Part shown: piece by piece, positions 47,672 to 57,077 of the stretch
Layout of the letters: each line of letters starts with the position of its first letter
Position numbering within the stretch: position 1 is the stretch's first letter
DNA from: a virus
Reading direction: 5' to 3' (one strand)
IMG/VR virus record: IMGVR_UViG_3300042346_000188
Span: 17,116 to 81,115 of that record
DNA length: 64,000 nucleotides
The notes under the pieces: generated by a model
Told to the model about the DNA's origin: nothing
Databases searched by the model: none
Seen by the model: the letters and a program-made list of their open reading frames with translations, nothing else
Position numbers and translations under genes: made by a program

Positions 47672-48172
47672 ATGAAATTTGAAGGAGTCGTTCCAACAAC
47701 GGCTCCAGTTTCTGTTAGTAAATTTTCTAATGGGCACTGGAGATACTTTAAACAAATGAGAGAGGATAAAGCATATGTGGGATTCATCTATGCTATCTAT
47801 GATAAAGCTCTTCTTAGATTCTATATTGGAAAGAAGAATTACTTCAGTACTGGTAAAGCTACTTTCGGACGAGAGTCTGATTGGAAGAGATACAAGAGTA
47901 GTAGTTCAACAATTGCAGCTCACCTCAAAGAACGACCAGCAGAAGAATTTCTCTATATCTGCTTGGGGGAATACAAAACAAAAAGTGGACTCGCTTGGGC
48001 CGAAACGTGGTCGTTGGTGACATTAAAAGCACCATTCAGAGAAGATGTATACAACAAGCGAATAGAAGAAATTACGTGGAAAGTTACAGAAGATGTTGCA
48101 CCACATCATATAGAAAGATTAAATCTTATTTCTAAAGGATATATTCCAAATGACTTCGAAAGAGATTGGTAA
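47672..48172 (+). CDS. GIY-YIG family nuclease-like protein
   Basis: GFIYAI...FYIGKK...ESDWKRY-x-SS. Confidence 0.7.
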   Translation: MKFEGVVPTTAPVSVSKFSNGHWRYFKQMREDKAYVGFIYAIYDKALLRFYIGKKNYFSTGKATFGRESDWKRYKSSSSTIAAHLKERPAEEFLYICLGEYKTKSGLAWAETWSLVTLKAPFREDVYNKRIEEITWKVTEDVAPHHIERLNLISKGYIPNDFERDW

Positions 48173-49769
48173 AACCAGCTGTCCCAAATGTAACTCTTCT
48201 GACGCTAGAAAGATATATTCAAGCGGACAGAGTCATTGTTTTTCATGCGATACACATTTTAAAGCGGATGCAGATATGGCAATAGAATTTAAAGGTAGCG
48301 TACCAGCAGCAAAAGTAACACAGAAAGTATCCCATATGGATATTAGCTCGTTACGATCTGTTGCGATAAGAGACAGGAAAATATCCAAAGAAGTTACAGA
48401 GTACTTTGGTGTTAAGATGAGATTTGGGGAAGATGGTGAAGTTGATGGCCATTTCTATCCGTATGGCGACTCTTATAAAATGAGAGCATTGCCTAAGACA
48501 TTTACTTGGGTTGGCCCTAATACGAACAAACTGTTCGGTCAAGATAAGTTTAATGGTGATGGCAAGAGACTTGTTATTACTGAGGGTGAAATTGATGCTA
48601 TGTCTGTTGCACAAGCATCGTTTGAAAAGTACAAAAAGATTTATCCAGTTGTTTCAATGTCATCTGCCACAGGCACAAAAGCTTTACTAGAGAACAGAGA
48701 ATGGATAAGATCTTTTGATGAAGTAATTCTATGCTTTGACAACGATGACGCAGGTAGAGAAGCTACTGACAAGGCTATTAAAATCATTGGTGTAGATAAG
48801 GTAAAGCTTACTAAGATGTTAGTAAAAGATGCTAATCAACTACTCCTTGAAAAGGGTGGTACAGAGGTAATGTCATGCATCTTTAGTGCAGCTAAGTATG
48901 TACCATCAGGTATTATGCGTAGAGATGAGCTTTGGCAGGCAATGGTAGAATACAACTCTATTCCTGTTGTACCATACCCTCCTTGTTTAGACACGCTTAA
49001 TAGCAAACTTAAGGGTATGAGAGAACATACTATTACTTTATTCACTTCAGGCACTGGTTCAGGCAAATCTACAATTACTAGAGAGATTGCATTACACCTA
49101 GTATCTACACAAGATACCATGGTAGGTGTTGTAGCCTTAGAAGAACCACCTGCAGAGACAGCTCGTAAATTAGCGGGTATGGCTATCAGCAGAAACCCTG
49201 CTAACGAAGAACTCTCTGTAGATGATCTTAAGTGCGGCTTTGATAGTGTGTTTGGTGATGATAGAATTATGGTATTAGATCATCAAGGCTCTATGGATGA
49301 TACATCTTTAATGGACAAGCTTGAGTATATGTGTCTCTCAGGTTGCCACTATATTATCTTAGATCACATAACAATTTTAGTATCTGAGGGCGTTGATGGT
49401 CTCCAAGGTAATGAAGCTATTGATAGAACAATGAATGATTTATTAAGATTAGTTAGCAAGTACCCTGTGTGGTTATGTTTGGTATCACACTTAAGAAAGA
49501 CACCTACAGGTAAGAAATCATTTGAAGAGGGTCAACTACCTTCCCTAGATGATATAAAAGGTTCAGGCTCTATTAAACAAGTATCAATGGAAATTGTAGC
49601 CTTTTCAAGAGATATGTCGCATGAAGATGAAGCAATTCGTAATCACATAAACATGCGGGTACTGAAAAGTAGATTTACAGGATTAACAGGCAATGTGCCT
49701 GGAGTCGATTATGTACATGAAACAGGGCGTCTGCGTGCTAGCGCGGAAGATTTTATAACAATAGTTTAG
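48150..49769 (+). CDS. primase-helicase (T7 gp4-like)
   Basis: Zn finger CPKC..CFSC; TOPRIM ITEGEIDA and FDNDDAG; Walker A SGTGSGKS; ILDHI, VSHLRK, KGSGSIKQ, KSRFTG. Confidence 0.95.
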   Translation: MTSKEIGKTSCPKCNSSDARKIYSSGQSHCFSCDTHFKADADMAIEFKGSVPAAKVTQKVSHMDISSLRSVAIRDRKISKEVTEYFGVKMRFGEDGEVDGHFYPYGDSYKMRALPKTFTWVGPNTNKLFGQDKFNGDGKRLVITEGEIDAMSVAQASFEKYKKIYPVVSMSSATGTKALLENREWIRSFDEVILCFDNDDAGREATDKAIKIIGVDKVKLTKMLVKDANQLLLEKGGTEVMSCIFSAAKYVPSGIMRRDELWQAMVEYNSIPVVPYPPCLDTLNSKLKGMREHTITLFTSGTGSGKSTITREIALHLVSTQDTMVGVVALEEPPAETARKLAGMAISRNPANEELSVDDLKCGFDSVFGDDRIMVLDHQGSMDDTSLMDKLEYMCLSGCHYIILDHITILVSEGVDGLQGNEAIDRTMNDLLRLVSKYPVWLCLVSHLRKTPTGKKSFEEGQLPSLDDIKGSGSIKQVSMEIVAFSRDMSHEDEAIRNHINMRVLKSRFTGLTGNVPGVDYVHETGRLRASAEDFITIV

Positions 49770-49777
49770 GAATATAA

Positions 49778-50782
49778 ATGACAGCACAAATACTAACACC
49801 AAGAGAATCTTATGGTGTGGACTACCCAGCTGCAATAGAGTTTGCTATAAAGCAAGCAGAAATCGCATGGTTTGCCCATGAGGTTGAAGTGGAAAAAGAT
49901 ATCCACGAATTGAAAACCAACTGTACTGAAGCAGAATATTTTGGTATTGTTAATACATTAAAGATCTTTGTACACTATGAAATCCATGTTGGTAACAACT
50001 ATTGGAGAGATTATATACCTAGATTCTTTCCACGTCCAGATGTACAGCGAGTAGCATCAGTACATGCTATGACTGAACTTAATATTCACGCTCCGTTCTA
50101 TTTTAAGATAAACGAACTATTAGGTTTAAATACCGATGAGTTTATGAACTCTTACCAAGAAGATGTAATTCTTGCTGATAGATTAGATTGGATGGAACGT
50201 GTTGTATCTAAGCATGAAACTACAATGGAGAAGCTAACTTCAGTTGCTATATTTAGCATGATTGAAGGTGCAGTACTCTATTCTTCTTTTGCATTCTTAA
50301 AGCATTTCAACTCAGATGGTAAAAATAAGTTTCAGAATATTAATGCTGGTATTAATTTCAGTGCTATTGATGAAGATATACATGCCCGAACAGGAGCTTG
50401 GATCTTCAATACAGCTCTTCATGAAGCACTTAATGATGCTGATGAGTATATTAACCTCGACACTTTATATAATGATCTAGAAGTAACCGCTTGGATCATT
50501 GCAGAGAATGAGCGTGATATCGTTCGAAAAATGTTTGAGTTCGGATCAATTGAAGGCATTACACCATTAATGCTAGATAATTTTGTACAAAGTAGACTTG
50601 ACATATGTCTTACACGACTAGGTGCTAAGACATTATTTGAACCATCTTATAATCCAATAGCAGATTGGTTTTATGATGATATTGAATCTAGTACTTTGCA
50701 TGATACATTCATTGCTATGGGTAACGATTACAAGCGTAATTGGACGGAATCTAAATTTATATGGAAGGTGAAAAATGACTAG
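49778..50782 (+). CDS. nrdB: ribonucleotide reductase class I beta subunit
   Basis: E-x-x-H (ELNIH), IEGAVLYSSF and DEDIH metal-ligand motifs. Confidence 0.9.
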   Translation: MTAQILTPRESYGVDYPAAIEFAIKQAEIAWFAHEVEVEKDIHELKTNCTEAEYFGIVNTLKIFVHYEIHVGNNYWRDYIPRFFPRPDVQRVASVHAMTELNIHAPFYFKINELLGLNTDEFMNSYQEDVILADRLDWMERVVSKHETTMEKLTSVAIFSMIEGAVLYSSFAFLKHFNSDGKNKFQNINAGINFSAIDEDIHARTGAWIFNTALHEALNDADEYINLDTLYNDLEVTAWIIAENERDIVRKMFEFGSIEGITPLMLDNFVQSRLDICLTRLGAKTLFEPSYNPIADWFYDDIESSTLHDTFIAMGNDYKRNWTESKFIWKVKND

Positions 50783-52481
50783 TATTTATCGCGAATTGAG
50801 TGTTGAGCGTAAACGATTACAGCAAGAAGGTAAGCTCCCTGAGTGGATTATTACCAATAGCTGGCAACTCCTTAAGGAAAAATATGTTAGTGAAAAATAT
50901 CCAGACTTATTGTCAATCTATACTCGTATTGCTAAGCACGCGAGTACTTACACGGATAGTCCAGCAGCTTGGGAAACCAAATTCTTCGAACTTCTCTGGA
51001 AAGGTTGGCTTATACCTTCTACGCCTGTTTGTGCCAATATGGGCACGGGTAACGGATGTCCGGTTTCATGTTCCGGAAGTACAGTCCAGGATTCAGTATT
51101 TGACTTCTACGCCAAGCAACAAGAGGCCGCAATTCTCTCGCAGCAAGGATATGGTACTAGTAATTATCTTGGTAATATTCGTAAACGTGGTGCCGCTATT
51201 TCTGGTGTGGCCGGATCTGCTTCAGGTGTGTTACCAGTATTTAAAGGATTTGTTAAAGTAGCACAAGATATTTCACAAGGCTCACAGCGCAGAGGTGCTT
51301 GGGCAGGTTATTTGGAGATTGAACATGGTGATTTTGACGAAGTCAGTACTCACATTCTTAACTTTCCTGATGATGCTAATGTCGGTTGGATTATTAGTGA
51401 TGATTTTATTCGTCGTTTAAATGCAGGCGATAAAGATGCATTAAGACGTTATCAAAAAGCAATGAAGCTTAGAATGCTAGGTAAGGGTTATTTCTTCTTT
51501 AGAGATAAAGTTAATCGCGCATTACCTCATGCATACAAACGTAGAGATCTTACAGTAAATGCTTCTAACTTATGTACCGAGATTGCATTATTTAGTGGTA
51601 TCCACTGGGATGAAGAGTATACATTCTCTTGTGTATTATCGTCAATGAATGCTTCTAAGTATGATGAGTGGAAAGATACAGATGCTGTATTCAATGCTAC
51701 TGTATTCTTAGATTGCGTTAACGAGGATCAAATACGTATTGGCAAAGAAAGGCCAGGCATGGAGCGTATTGTAAGATTTGCTGAAAAGTCAAGAGCATTA
51801 GGTTTAGGTTTACTAGGCTTTCATAGTTATTTACAAGATCATAGTATTCCGTTTGAAAGTTTTGATGCTCACTTGGTTAGCCAAGAAATGTTCAAACACC
51901 TTAATATTCAATCTCTAATGGCATCTCAATGGATGGCTAGCGTATGGGGTGAACCTGAATGGTGTTTAGACCTTGGCATTCGAAATACACATCGAATGGC
52001 TATTGCTCCTAACCTATCTAGTTCACTAATAGCTGGCGGTACATCTCAAGGTATTGAGCCTATTTATAAGAATGCGTTTGTACAGAATACTGCAGGCGGT
52101 AAGATGAGAAGATCATCACCTGCATTGATGCACTTAATTGTAGAAGCTGGTCTTGATGTGCAAAAGACTCTTAAGGATATCATCAGAAATAATGGCTCTG
52201 TCCAGCATGTTGATTGGCTCAGTGACCATGAAAAAGATGTATTTAAAACTGCATTTGAAATTAACCAAAAGAGTATCTTGAAATTAGCAGCTGCTAGACA
52301 GCCTTATATTGATCAAGGTCAATCTATTAATCTCTTCTTCGATGCTGATGAAACTGAAGAGTATATCTCTGAAATACATCAAGAAGCATTTGAGCTAGAA
52401 GGTATTAAATCATTGTATTATATTCGCACTACTAATGGTGCAAGGACTAATAAAGATGAGTGTCTCTCATGCCACGGGTGA
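50775..52481 (+). CDS. nrdA: ribonucleotide reductase class I alpha subunit
   Basis: STPV, PVSC, RRGA, SNLCTEI, AIAPN, DQGQS, SLYY and C-terminal C-x-x-C. Confidence 0.92.
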   Translation: MTSIYRELSVERKRLQQEGKLPEWIITNSWQLLKEKYVSEKYPDLLSIYTRIAKHASTYTDSPAAWETKFFELLWKGWLIPSTPVCANMGTGNGCPVSCSGSTVQDSVFDFYAKQQEAAILSQQGYGTSNYLGNIRKRGAAISGVAGSASGVLPVFKGFVKVAQDISQGSQRRGAWAGYLEIEHGDFDEVSTHILNFPDDANVGWIISDDFIRRLNAGDKDALRRYQKAMKLRMLGKGYFFFRDKVNRALPHAYKRRDLTVNASNLCTEIALFSGIHWDEEYTFSCVLSSMNASKYDEWKDTDAVFNATVFLDCVNEDQIRIGKERPGMERIVRFAEKSRALGLGLLGFHSYLQDHSIPFESFDAHLVSQEMFKHLNIQSLMASQWMASVWGEPEWCLDLGIRNTHRMAIAPNLSSSLIAGGTSQGIEPIYKNAFVQNTAGGKMRRSSPALMHLIVEAGLDVQKTLKDIIRNNGSVQHVDWLSDHEKDVFKTAFEINQKSILKLAAARQPYIDQGQSINLFFDADETEEYISEIHQEAFELEGIKSLYYIRTTNGARTNKDECLSCHG

Positions 52482-52617
52482 AGTACAAGTAACATTAAAA
52501 GGCGATAGCCAACAAAGACGTAAGCAGTTAAGAGAATTGTATCGTACGTATAAATATGTACAAATGAAGTTCTCTTTTGGTTACTGGCTTAAGAACACAT
52601 ATATTTGTTGGAATTAA
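52456..52617 (+). CDS. hypothetical protein
   Basis: Short ORF overlapping the nrdA end; start uncertain. Confidence 0.45.
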   Translation: MSVSHATGEVQVTLKGDSQQRRKQLRELYRTYKYVQMKFSFGYWLKNTYICWN

Positions 52618-52621
52618 TCAT

Positions 52622-52647
52622 AGGGAGGACTTCGGTCTTCCCTTTTT
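52622..52647 (+). terminator. intrinsic terminator
   Basis: AGGGAGGAC-TTCG-GTCTTCCCT followed by TTTT. Confidence 0.8.
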
Positions 52648-52660
52648 AACGGAGAGTATT

Positions 52661-53965
52661 ATGAACACAGATGAAATATACGAATGCTTACAGGGTATTG
52701 CAGCAGAGCCTTCTAAGAATGCTAAGGTAGAAATGTTGGAATTTTACTTACAAGATGATGAATTTGAGAAAGTAATTGTATATGCGTACAACCCATTTAT
52801 TACATTTGGTGTACGTAAAGTGCCCAGTGTCTCACATAAGGCTGGCTTACTGAAGTCATTTGATTATGATACATGGGGTCTGCTCGACTTGCTAAGCCAA
52901 AGATATGTAACAGGTAAGCTTGCAATTGAAACCTTATTAGCTACAATGGGAAAGCTGTATAACGGCTCTGAGGCAGTGTTAAGGGGTATTTTAGAAAAAG
53001 ATCTCAGAGCAGGCTTTGATGCTAAGACTATTAATAGAGCTGTTCCTGGCCTAATACCTGTAGCAGCTTATATGCGATGTAGCTTGCCTAAACATGTTAA
53101 AATGGATGAGTTTCATTTCCCTGCATTTAGTCAGGAAAAGGCTGATGGCCTATTTGTAAACATTACTATAGAGGGTTCAGCCATTACAATGCTAAGTCGT
53201 AAGTACCAAGAGATGCCTTTTGATTCTTATAGAGAACTCCTAATACAAGCAGAAGGGCTTGGTGTAATCAAGGAAGGATACCAAACACATGGTGAGTTGA
53301 TTGTAGAGGTCAATGGTGTACCGCTAGAACGTAAAACCAGTAATGGTGTTTTAAGACGTGTCAATCTAGGCGGAGAATTTAAAAATGGAGAATATCCCGT
53401 ATTTTATTATTGGGATATTGTACCAATTACGTCTATAAGAAAGGGGATAGACCATACTATGTACATAAGTAGGTATGAATCCGTTAATAACTATGATCGG
53501 AAGTATGTTAAGGCAATTCCATCTAAGCTAGTTACAACACTACAAGAAGCTGAAGATCACTTTGTAGAACTTGCTGAGCAAGGTAAGGAAGGTACTGTAT
53601 TAAAGTCTTACAGAGCTGTTTGGAAGAATGGTGTTAGTAAAGAGATTGTTAAGTTTAAAAAAGAGTTACATTGTGAATTGAGAGTAATTGATTTTAATCC
53701 AGGCACAGGAGAGAATGCTGATACATTTGGCTCTCTTAAATGTAGTACAGAAGATGGACAACTTATAGTTAACGTAGGTAATCTTACCAATGAATTAACG
53801 TGGGAAATCCACCAAAATTATGATGGCTGGATGTATGCTATCATTGAAGTAACGTATTCATCCGTGATCACTAATGAGAAGGGTGAGTATAGTTTGTTTG
53901 AACCAAAGTTTGTAGAACGTCGTTATGACAAAGAAATTGCAAATACATTAGAGGAGTTAAAATGA
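52661..53965 (+). CDS. ATP-dependent DNA ligase
   Basis: Motif I QEKADG; HGEL, YWDI, EGTVLK, KFK, LFEPKF..R-x-DK; GGAG RBS before ATG 52661. Confidence 0.92.
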   Translation: MNTDEIYECLQGIAAEPSKNAKVEMLEFYLQDDEFEKVIVYAYNPFITFGVRKVPSVSHKAGLLKSFDYDTWGLLDLLSQRYVTGKLAIETLLATMGKLYNGSEAVLRGILEKDLRAGFDAKTINRAVPGLIPVAAYMRCSLPKHVKMDEFHFPAFSQEKADGLFVNITIEGSAITMLSRKYQEMPFDSYRELLIQAEGLGVIKEGYQTHGELIVEVNGVPLERKTSNGVLRRVNLGGEFKNGEYPVFYYWDIVPITSIRKGIDHTMYISRYESVNNYDRKYVKAIPSKLVTTLQEAEDHFVELAEQGKEGTVLKSYRAVWKNGVSKEIVKFKKELHCELRVIDFNPGTGENADTFGSLKCSTEDGQLIVNVGNLTNELTWEIHQNYDGWMYAIIEVTYSSVITNEKGEYSLFEPKFVERRYDKEIANTLEELK

Positions 53966-54096
53966 TAGAGTTTACAGGTATTACAGAGTTGTTAATGGAA
54001 GTCAGTTTAGTTGTTATAACAGGCTCACTCGCAGTAATTATTTTAGGGTTTGCAGTATTTGCAGTTAAAAACATGTATGAGGATTTAATGAAATGA
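53962..54096 (+). CDS. small membrane protein (44 aa)
   Basis: GAGGAG RBS; ATGA overlaps at both ends; long hydrophobic segment. Confidence 0.55.
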   Translation: MIEFTGITELLMEVSLVVITGSLAVIILGFAVFAVKNMYEDLMK

Positions 54097-54725
54097 GTAA
54101 ACATGCAATATTTACAGTAGGTATTAGTGGTTCAGGCAAGTCAACTTGGGCATGGTCTCATCAAGACGCGTGGCGTGTAATCGATAGAGATGTTATTAGA
54201 CGTACATATCTTATCCTCAATGTTAAGGAATACGACCCTGCAGAGGATAATATGTGGGAGCATTGGGATTTCGAAACAATGGAGAACACATGCAATCGAC
54301 GTAGAGAAGAGCTTATTGAAGCTGCATTATATGAGGGTAGTAATATCATCTTCGCAGACACAAACCTTAACTATAACAAGCTGCAGCCTTTAATGCAACG
54401 GTTGATCAGAGCAGACTATAGCGTTGAGTTTAAATTCTTTCCAACAACACTAGAAGATGCTAAGTACAGAAATGTAAATAGACGTGATGTTGTACCTGAA
54501 CATTTATTACAAAATCAGTACACAGCTTATAACGCATTCAGAGGCGCACCTATACGGCTTGATTACAACGGTGTACCTTTTGATGTAATTTTAGACTGTA
54601 TGACAGGAGATATTGATGAGGTATCTGTAAACGGTGTTTATATTGGACATGTCTTAGCTGAAAATGTAGTACAAGACCTAAGAGATGATATTAGAGAACT
54701 AGCACTAATGGATGTGAGACCATGA
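54093..54725 (+). CDS. polynucleotide-kinase-like P-loop kinase (AAA_33), no phosphatase domain
   Basis: GISGSGKSTWA, IDRDVIR, DTNL and R-N-x-x-R..VP motifs like the T4 Pnk kinase module. Confidence 0.75.
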   Translation: MSKHAIFTVGISGSGKSTWAWSHQDAWRVIDRDVIRRTYLILNVKEYDPAEDNMWEHWDFETMENTCNRRREELIEAALYEGSNIIFADTNLNYNKLQPLMQRLIRADYSVEFKFFPTTLEDAKYRNVNRRDVVPEHLLQNQYTAYNAFRGAPIRLDYNGVPFDVILDCMTGDIDEVSVNGVYIGHVLAENVVQDLRDDIRELALMDVRP

Positions 54726-54919
54726 GTAATTTTGATGAATTAGTAGATTTATTAGGCTTTGACCAGCCTGCTGACTTAGATAATATCTTAGGGCATGCAG
54801 CTCTAGAGATCCTTGATGCTAGATATGCAATTAAAGAGCTTAATGCAGAGCTTAAACACCAAAGACAACGTTATGCTGCGTTGCGTACATTGGCTTTAAA
54901 ATCAGGAGCATTCAAATGA
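54722..54919 (+). CDS. hypothetical protein
   Basis: ATGA overlap; coiled-coil-like C-terminus. Confidence 0.6.
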   Translation: MSNFDELVDLLGFDQPADLDNILGHAALEILDARYAIKELNAELKHQRQRYAALRTLALKSGAFK

Positions 54920-55044
54920 AACTAACTGAACAAGAAAAAAGAGATAAAGAACAAGAAAATTATGTACCATTAAGATTCGATGACGATGATGAAGATTGGA
55001 TTGACGATGATGAAGATGAATGGGATGACGAGGAGGACATGTGA
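54916..55044 (+). CDS. very acidic peptide (42 aa)
   Basis: AGGAG RBS, ATGA overlap; ends FDDDDEDWIDDDEDEWDDEEDM; not in the ORF track. Confidence 0.6.
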   Translation: MKLTEQEKRDKEQENYVPLRFDDDDEDWIDDDEDEWDDEEDM

Positions 55045-55193
55045 CAGGTTCATACTTTGTAGCAATCCCCGATTTAAAAACGCGTAAACTTGCGCATTTC
55101 AAAGTACCGTACGATGTGTACGTGTACATTAAACAATTAGAACATGCGGTTGCTAATTTGAAAGACCAGAGTGGAGAGATGAGACATGAGTGA
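55041..55193 (+). CDS. hypothetical protein (50 aa, GTG start)
   Basis: GAGGAGG RBS; GTGA overlap. Confidence 0.5.
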   Translation: MTGSYFVAIPDLKTRKLAHFKVPYDVYVYIKQLEHAVANLKDQSGEMRHE

Positions 55194-55467
55194 TAAACAA
55201 GAGTGGCAACTTTACCATCGCCTTGGTGGTGAATTGGAGATTCATAAGTCAAAGAAACGCATTCGTGTAAACGGGACTGAATTCGCAATAGGCCAGACAT
55301 GGGGAACCGCGAGAAGAGGGTCGAAGACGATAATTGGCTTCAATTTCTCTAATGAAAGCATCTACTTTGAAGATGGAGGGACTTGTAGCCTGACAGGCTA
55401 CTTTCCATCTTATGGCACCCTGCACGGTTGTGTAGAAAGTGATCAGTTAACAAATCTTCTTAATTAG
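55186..55467 (+). CDS. hypothetical protein
   Basis: GGAG RBS; may hold a diverged copy of the amplified small domain. Confidence 0.6.
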   Translation: MSDKQEWQLYHRLGGELEIHKSKKRIRVNGTEFAIGQTWGTARRGSKTIIGFNFSNESIYFEDGGTCSLTGYFPSYGTLHGCVESDQLTNLLN

Positions 55468-55477
55468 CGGCAATTAA

Positions 55478-55726
55478 GTGATGATCAAGATTGAAGCGCA
55501 AATCAAACCTACGTATTCCTGTACACTCTGTAAGAAAAGTGAATCAGGGACAGATACGTATCGTGAGACATTTCAAGATTTAAATACATTAAACAATTGG
55601 GTTGAGCATATGAAGTTATGCCCACCAAAGGCTGGTATACCAGTAGGATGGGTATCAGGCGGTATATGGGGTGTTTTCTGTATTAAATGTTGGCCAATTA
55701 GGGGGAAACAATATGACATTTATTAA
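55478..55726 (+). CDS. hypothetical protein with two CxxC pairs
   Basis: CTLC...CIKC suggests a Zn site. Confidence 0.55.
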   Translation: MMIKIEAQIKPTYSCTLCKKSESGTDTYRETFQDLNTLNNWVEHMKLCPPKAGIPVGWVSGGIWGVFCIKCWPIRGKQYDIY

Positions 55727-55868
55727 AGGTAAACTAACTGAAGCTCAAGAACTAGACTATTCACCCGAACCTGAAGAGCTTAATTGGGAAGAGGATGGTG
55801 ATTGTATCACAGGGCCACACGGCTATGATAAGAGATGTCAATGCTATCAATGTAATCCACCGGGGTAG
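55713..55868 (+). CDS. small Cys-containing protein
   Basis: GGGGA RBS before ATG 55713; C..H..CQCYQC. Confidence 0.5.
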   Translation: MTFIKGKLTEAQELDYSPEPEELNWEEDGDCITGPHGYDKRCQCYQCNPPG

Positions 55869-55871
55869 GTT

Positions 55872-56084
55872 ATGAAAATCGAAATACAAAAGAAATACAA
55901 AACGCGATGTGGCTTCAAAGTTCAAATAAATCAAATCATCACATCAGTTACTACAGACTATCCAGTGTTAGGTAGGTACTTTGATACAGACTATAAAGAA
56001 TGGATTGATGAGCGTTGGATGATAGACGGGCGATGCGATGAAGAAGTAGTTGACAATGATTTAGACTTAGTGGAGCGGTTATGA
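55872..56084 (+). CDS. amplified small-domain family protein (1 copy)
   Basis: KKYKTRCG-x-KV-x-I...YPVLG...W-x-x-DG...DLDLVE. Confidence 0.65.
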   Translation: MKIEIQKKYKTRCGFKVQINQIITSVTTDYPVLGRYFDTDYKEWIDERWMIDGRCDEEVVDNDLDLVERL

Positions 56085-56278
56085 CAAACAGAGAAGTAAT
56101 GGCATTTGCAATAGGAGCCATGATAGCAGTTGCAATATCAATGATTGTTACTAGCTTTAGCTATGATGGCTATCGCTTAGTACACCAAACAAACATCGGT
56201 GGTGTAATCATCGATGGAAAGCACATCTACGAATTAGTAGAGTTATCTGATCCAGCACAAGGGGTGGTTAGAAAATGA
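56081..56278 (+). CDS. membrane-anchored hypothetical protein
   Basis: N-terminal TM segment; ATGA overlap. Confidence 0.6.
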   Translation: MTNREVMAFAIGAMIAVAISMIVTSFSYDGYRLVHQTNIGGVIIDGKHIYELVELSDPAQGVVRK

Positions 56279-56949
56279 AATTAAAAGTAGGCGGTAAATA
56301 CAAAAATCGTAAAGGTCAGGTAACTGAGATTGTAGAGAAACTTGAGGGAGAACCTATATATCCTTTTATTGATAGCCAAGACTGCTCATATACACCTGAA
56401 GGTATATATCTGAGAACCCACCCTAGCCATGTTAAAGACTTACTTGAGGAGATTTATATGTTTGATTTGAATGCAACTTATTTAACAAAAGGCGGAAATA
56501 AAGTAGTAATTATTGCCAGGACTCCTAATAGGAATTACCCAATTGTCGGCCTTTCCCAAAGAGATGATACTTGGGATTTACGTTGCTGGACAGAAGAGGG
56601 GATTTATGATGAAGGCTGTGAGGGTCATTTAGATCTTGTAAAAGTATCTACTGATCATTTGCGTGCACGTAATGGTACTCCTATTAAGATATACGAAAGG
56701 TACCCTAATGAAATACATGGCGCATACCTTTCAGATGGTGAGTGGAAGTCATCTACATGGACGGATCAAGGCGGCTTTTATCAAGTCGGAAAGGAACAGT
56801 CGTGCCTAGACATCGATTTCACACCGCTTCAAAACTGGACGGCAGGCATCGAATTTCCCGCACAGGCGGGGGTAGGCGTGGCAACGGGGGGCAAGGCATG
56901 CTACCAGCCAGACCCTGCGGCAGTCGGGGCAGAGCGCATCAATCTGTAG
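56275..56949 (+). CDS. amplified small-domain family protein (3 tandem copies)
   Basis: Three G..Y..R-x-G..V-x-I..YP..W..EG-x-Y..DL units; C-terminal tail runs through a GC island. Confidence 0.65.
   Translation: MKLKVGGKYKNRKGQVTEIVEKLEGEPIYPFIDSQDCSYTPEGIYLRTHPSHVKDLLEEIYMFDLNATYLTKGGNKVVIIARTPNRNYPIVGLSQRDDTWDLRCWTEEGIYDEGCEGHLDLVKVSTDHLRARNGTPIKIYERYPNEIHGAYLSDGEWKSSTWTDQGGFYQVGKEQSCLDIDFTPLQNWTAGIEFPAQAGVGVATGGKACYQPDPAAVGAERINL
56838..56940. repeat. G-rich GGCA island upstream of the 19-bp box
   Basis: GGCA at 56841, 56845, 56880, 56890, 56895, 56919, 56928. Confidence 0.6.
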
Positions 56950-56995
56950 CAAATTTTGTACCTTTAGCGGGTGTCGGTTTTATGGCGAATGTCCA

Positions 56996-57014
56996 ACCCC
57001 GTTAAATTAACCCT
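56996..57014 (+). promoter_or_regulatory. 19-bp box, copy 3
   Basis: Exact repeat. Confidence 0.7.
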
Positions 57015-57077
57015 ATTTTCAAAAACGAAGATAGAAAACATTCGCAACTTAATTTATTTATTATACTGGAGCATATC

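Noticed and set aside
7000-57000. Strict ~7-kb periodicity of GC islands
   Set aside because: Expected islands near 7, 28, 42.5 and 49.7 kb are weak or absent by eye; only four clear islands are reported
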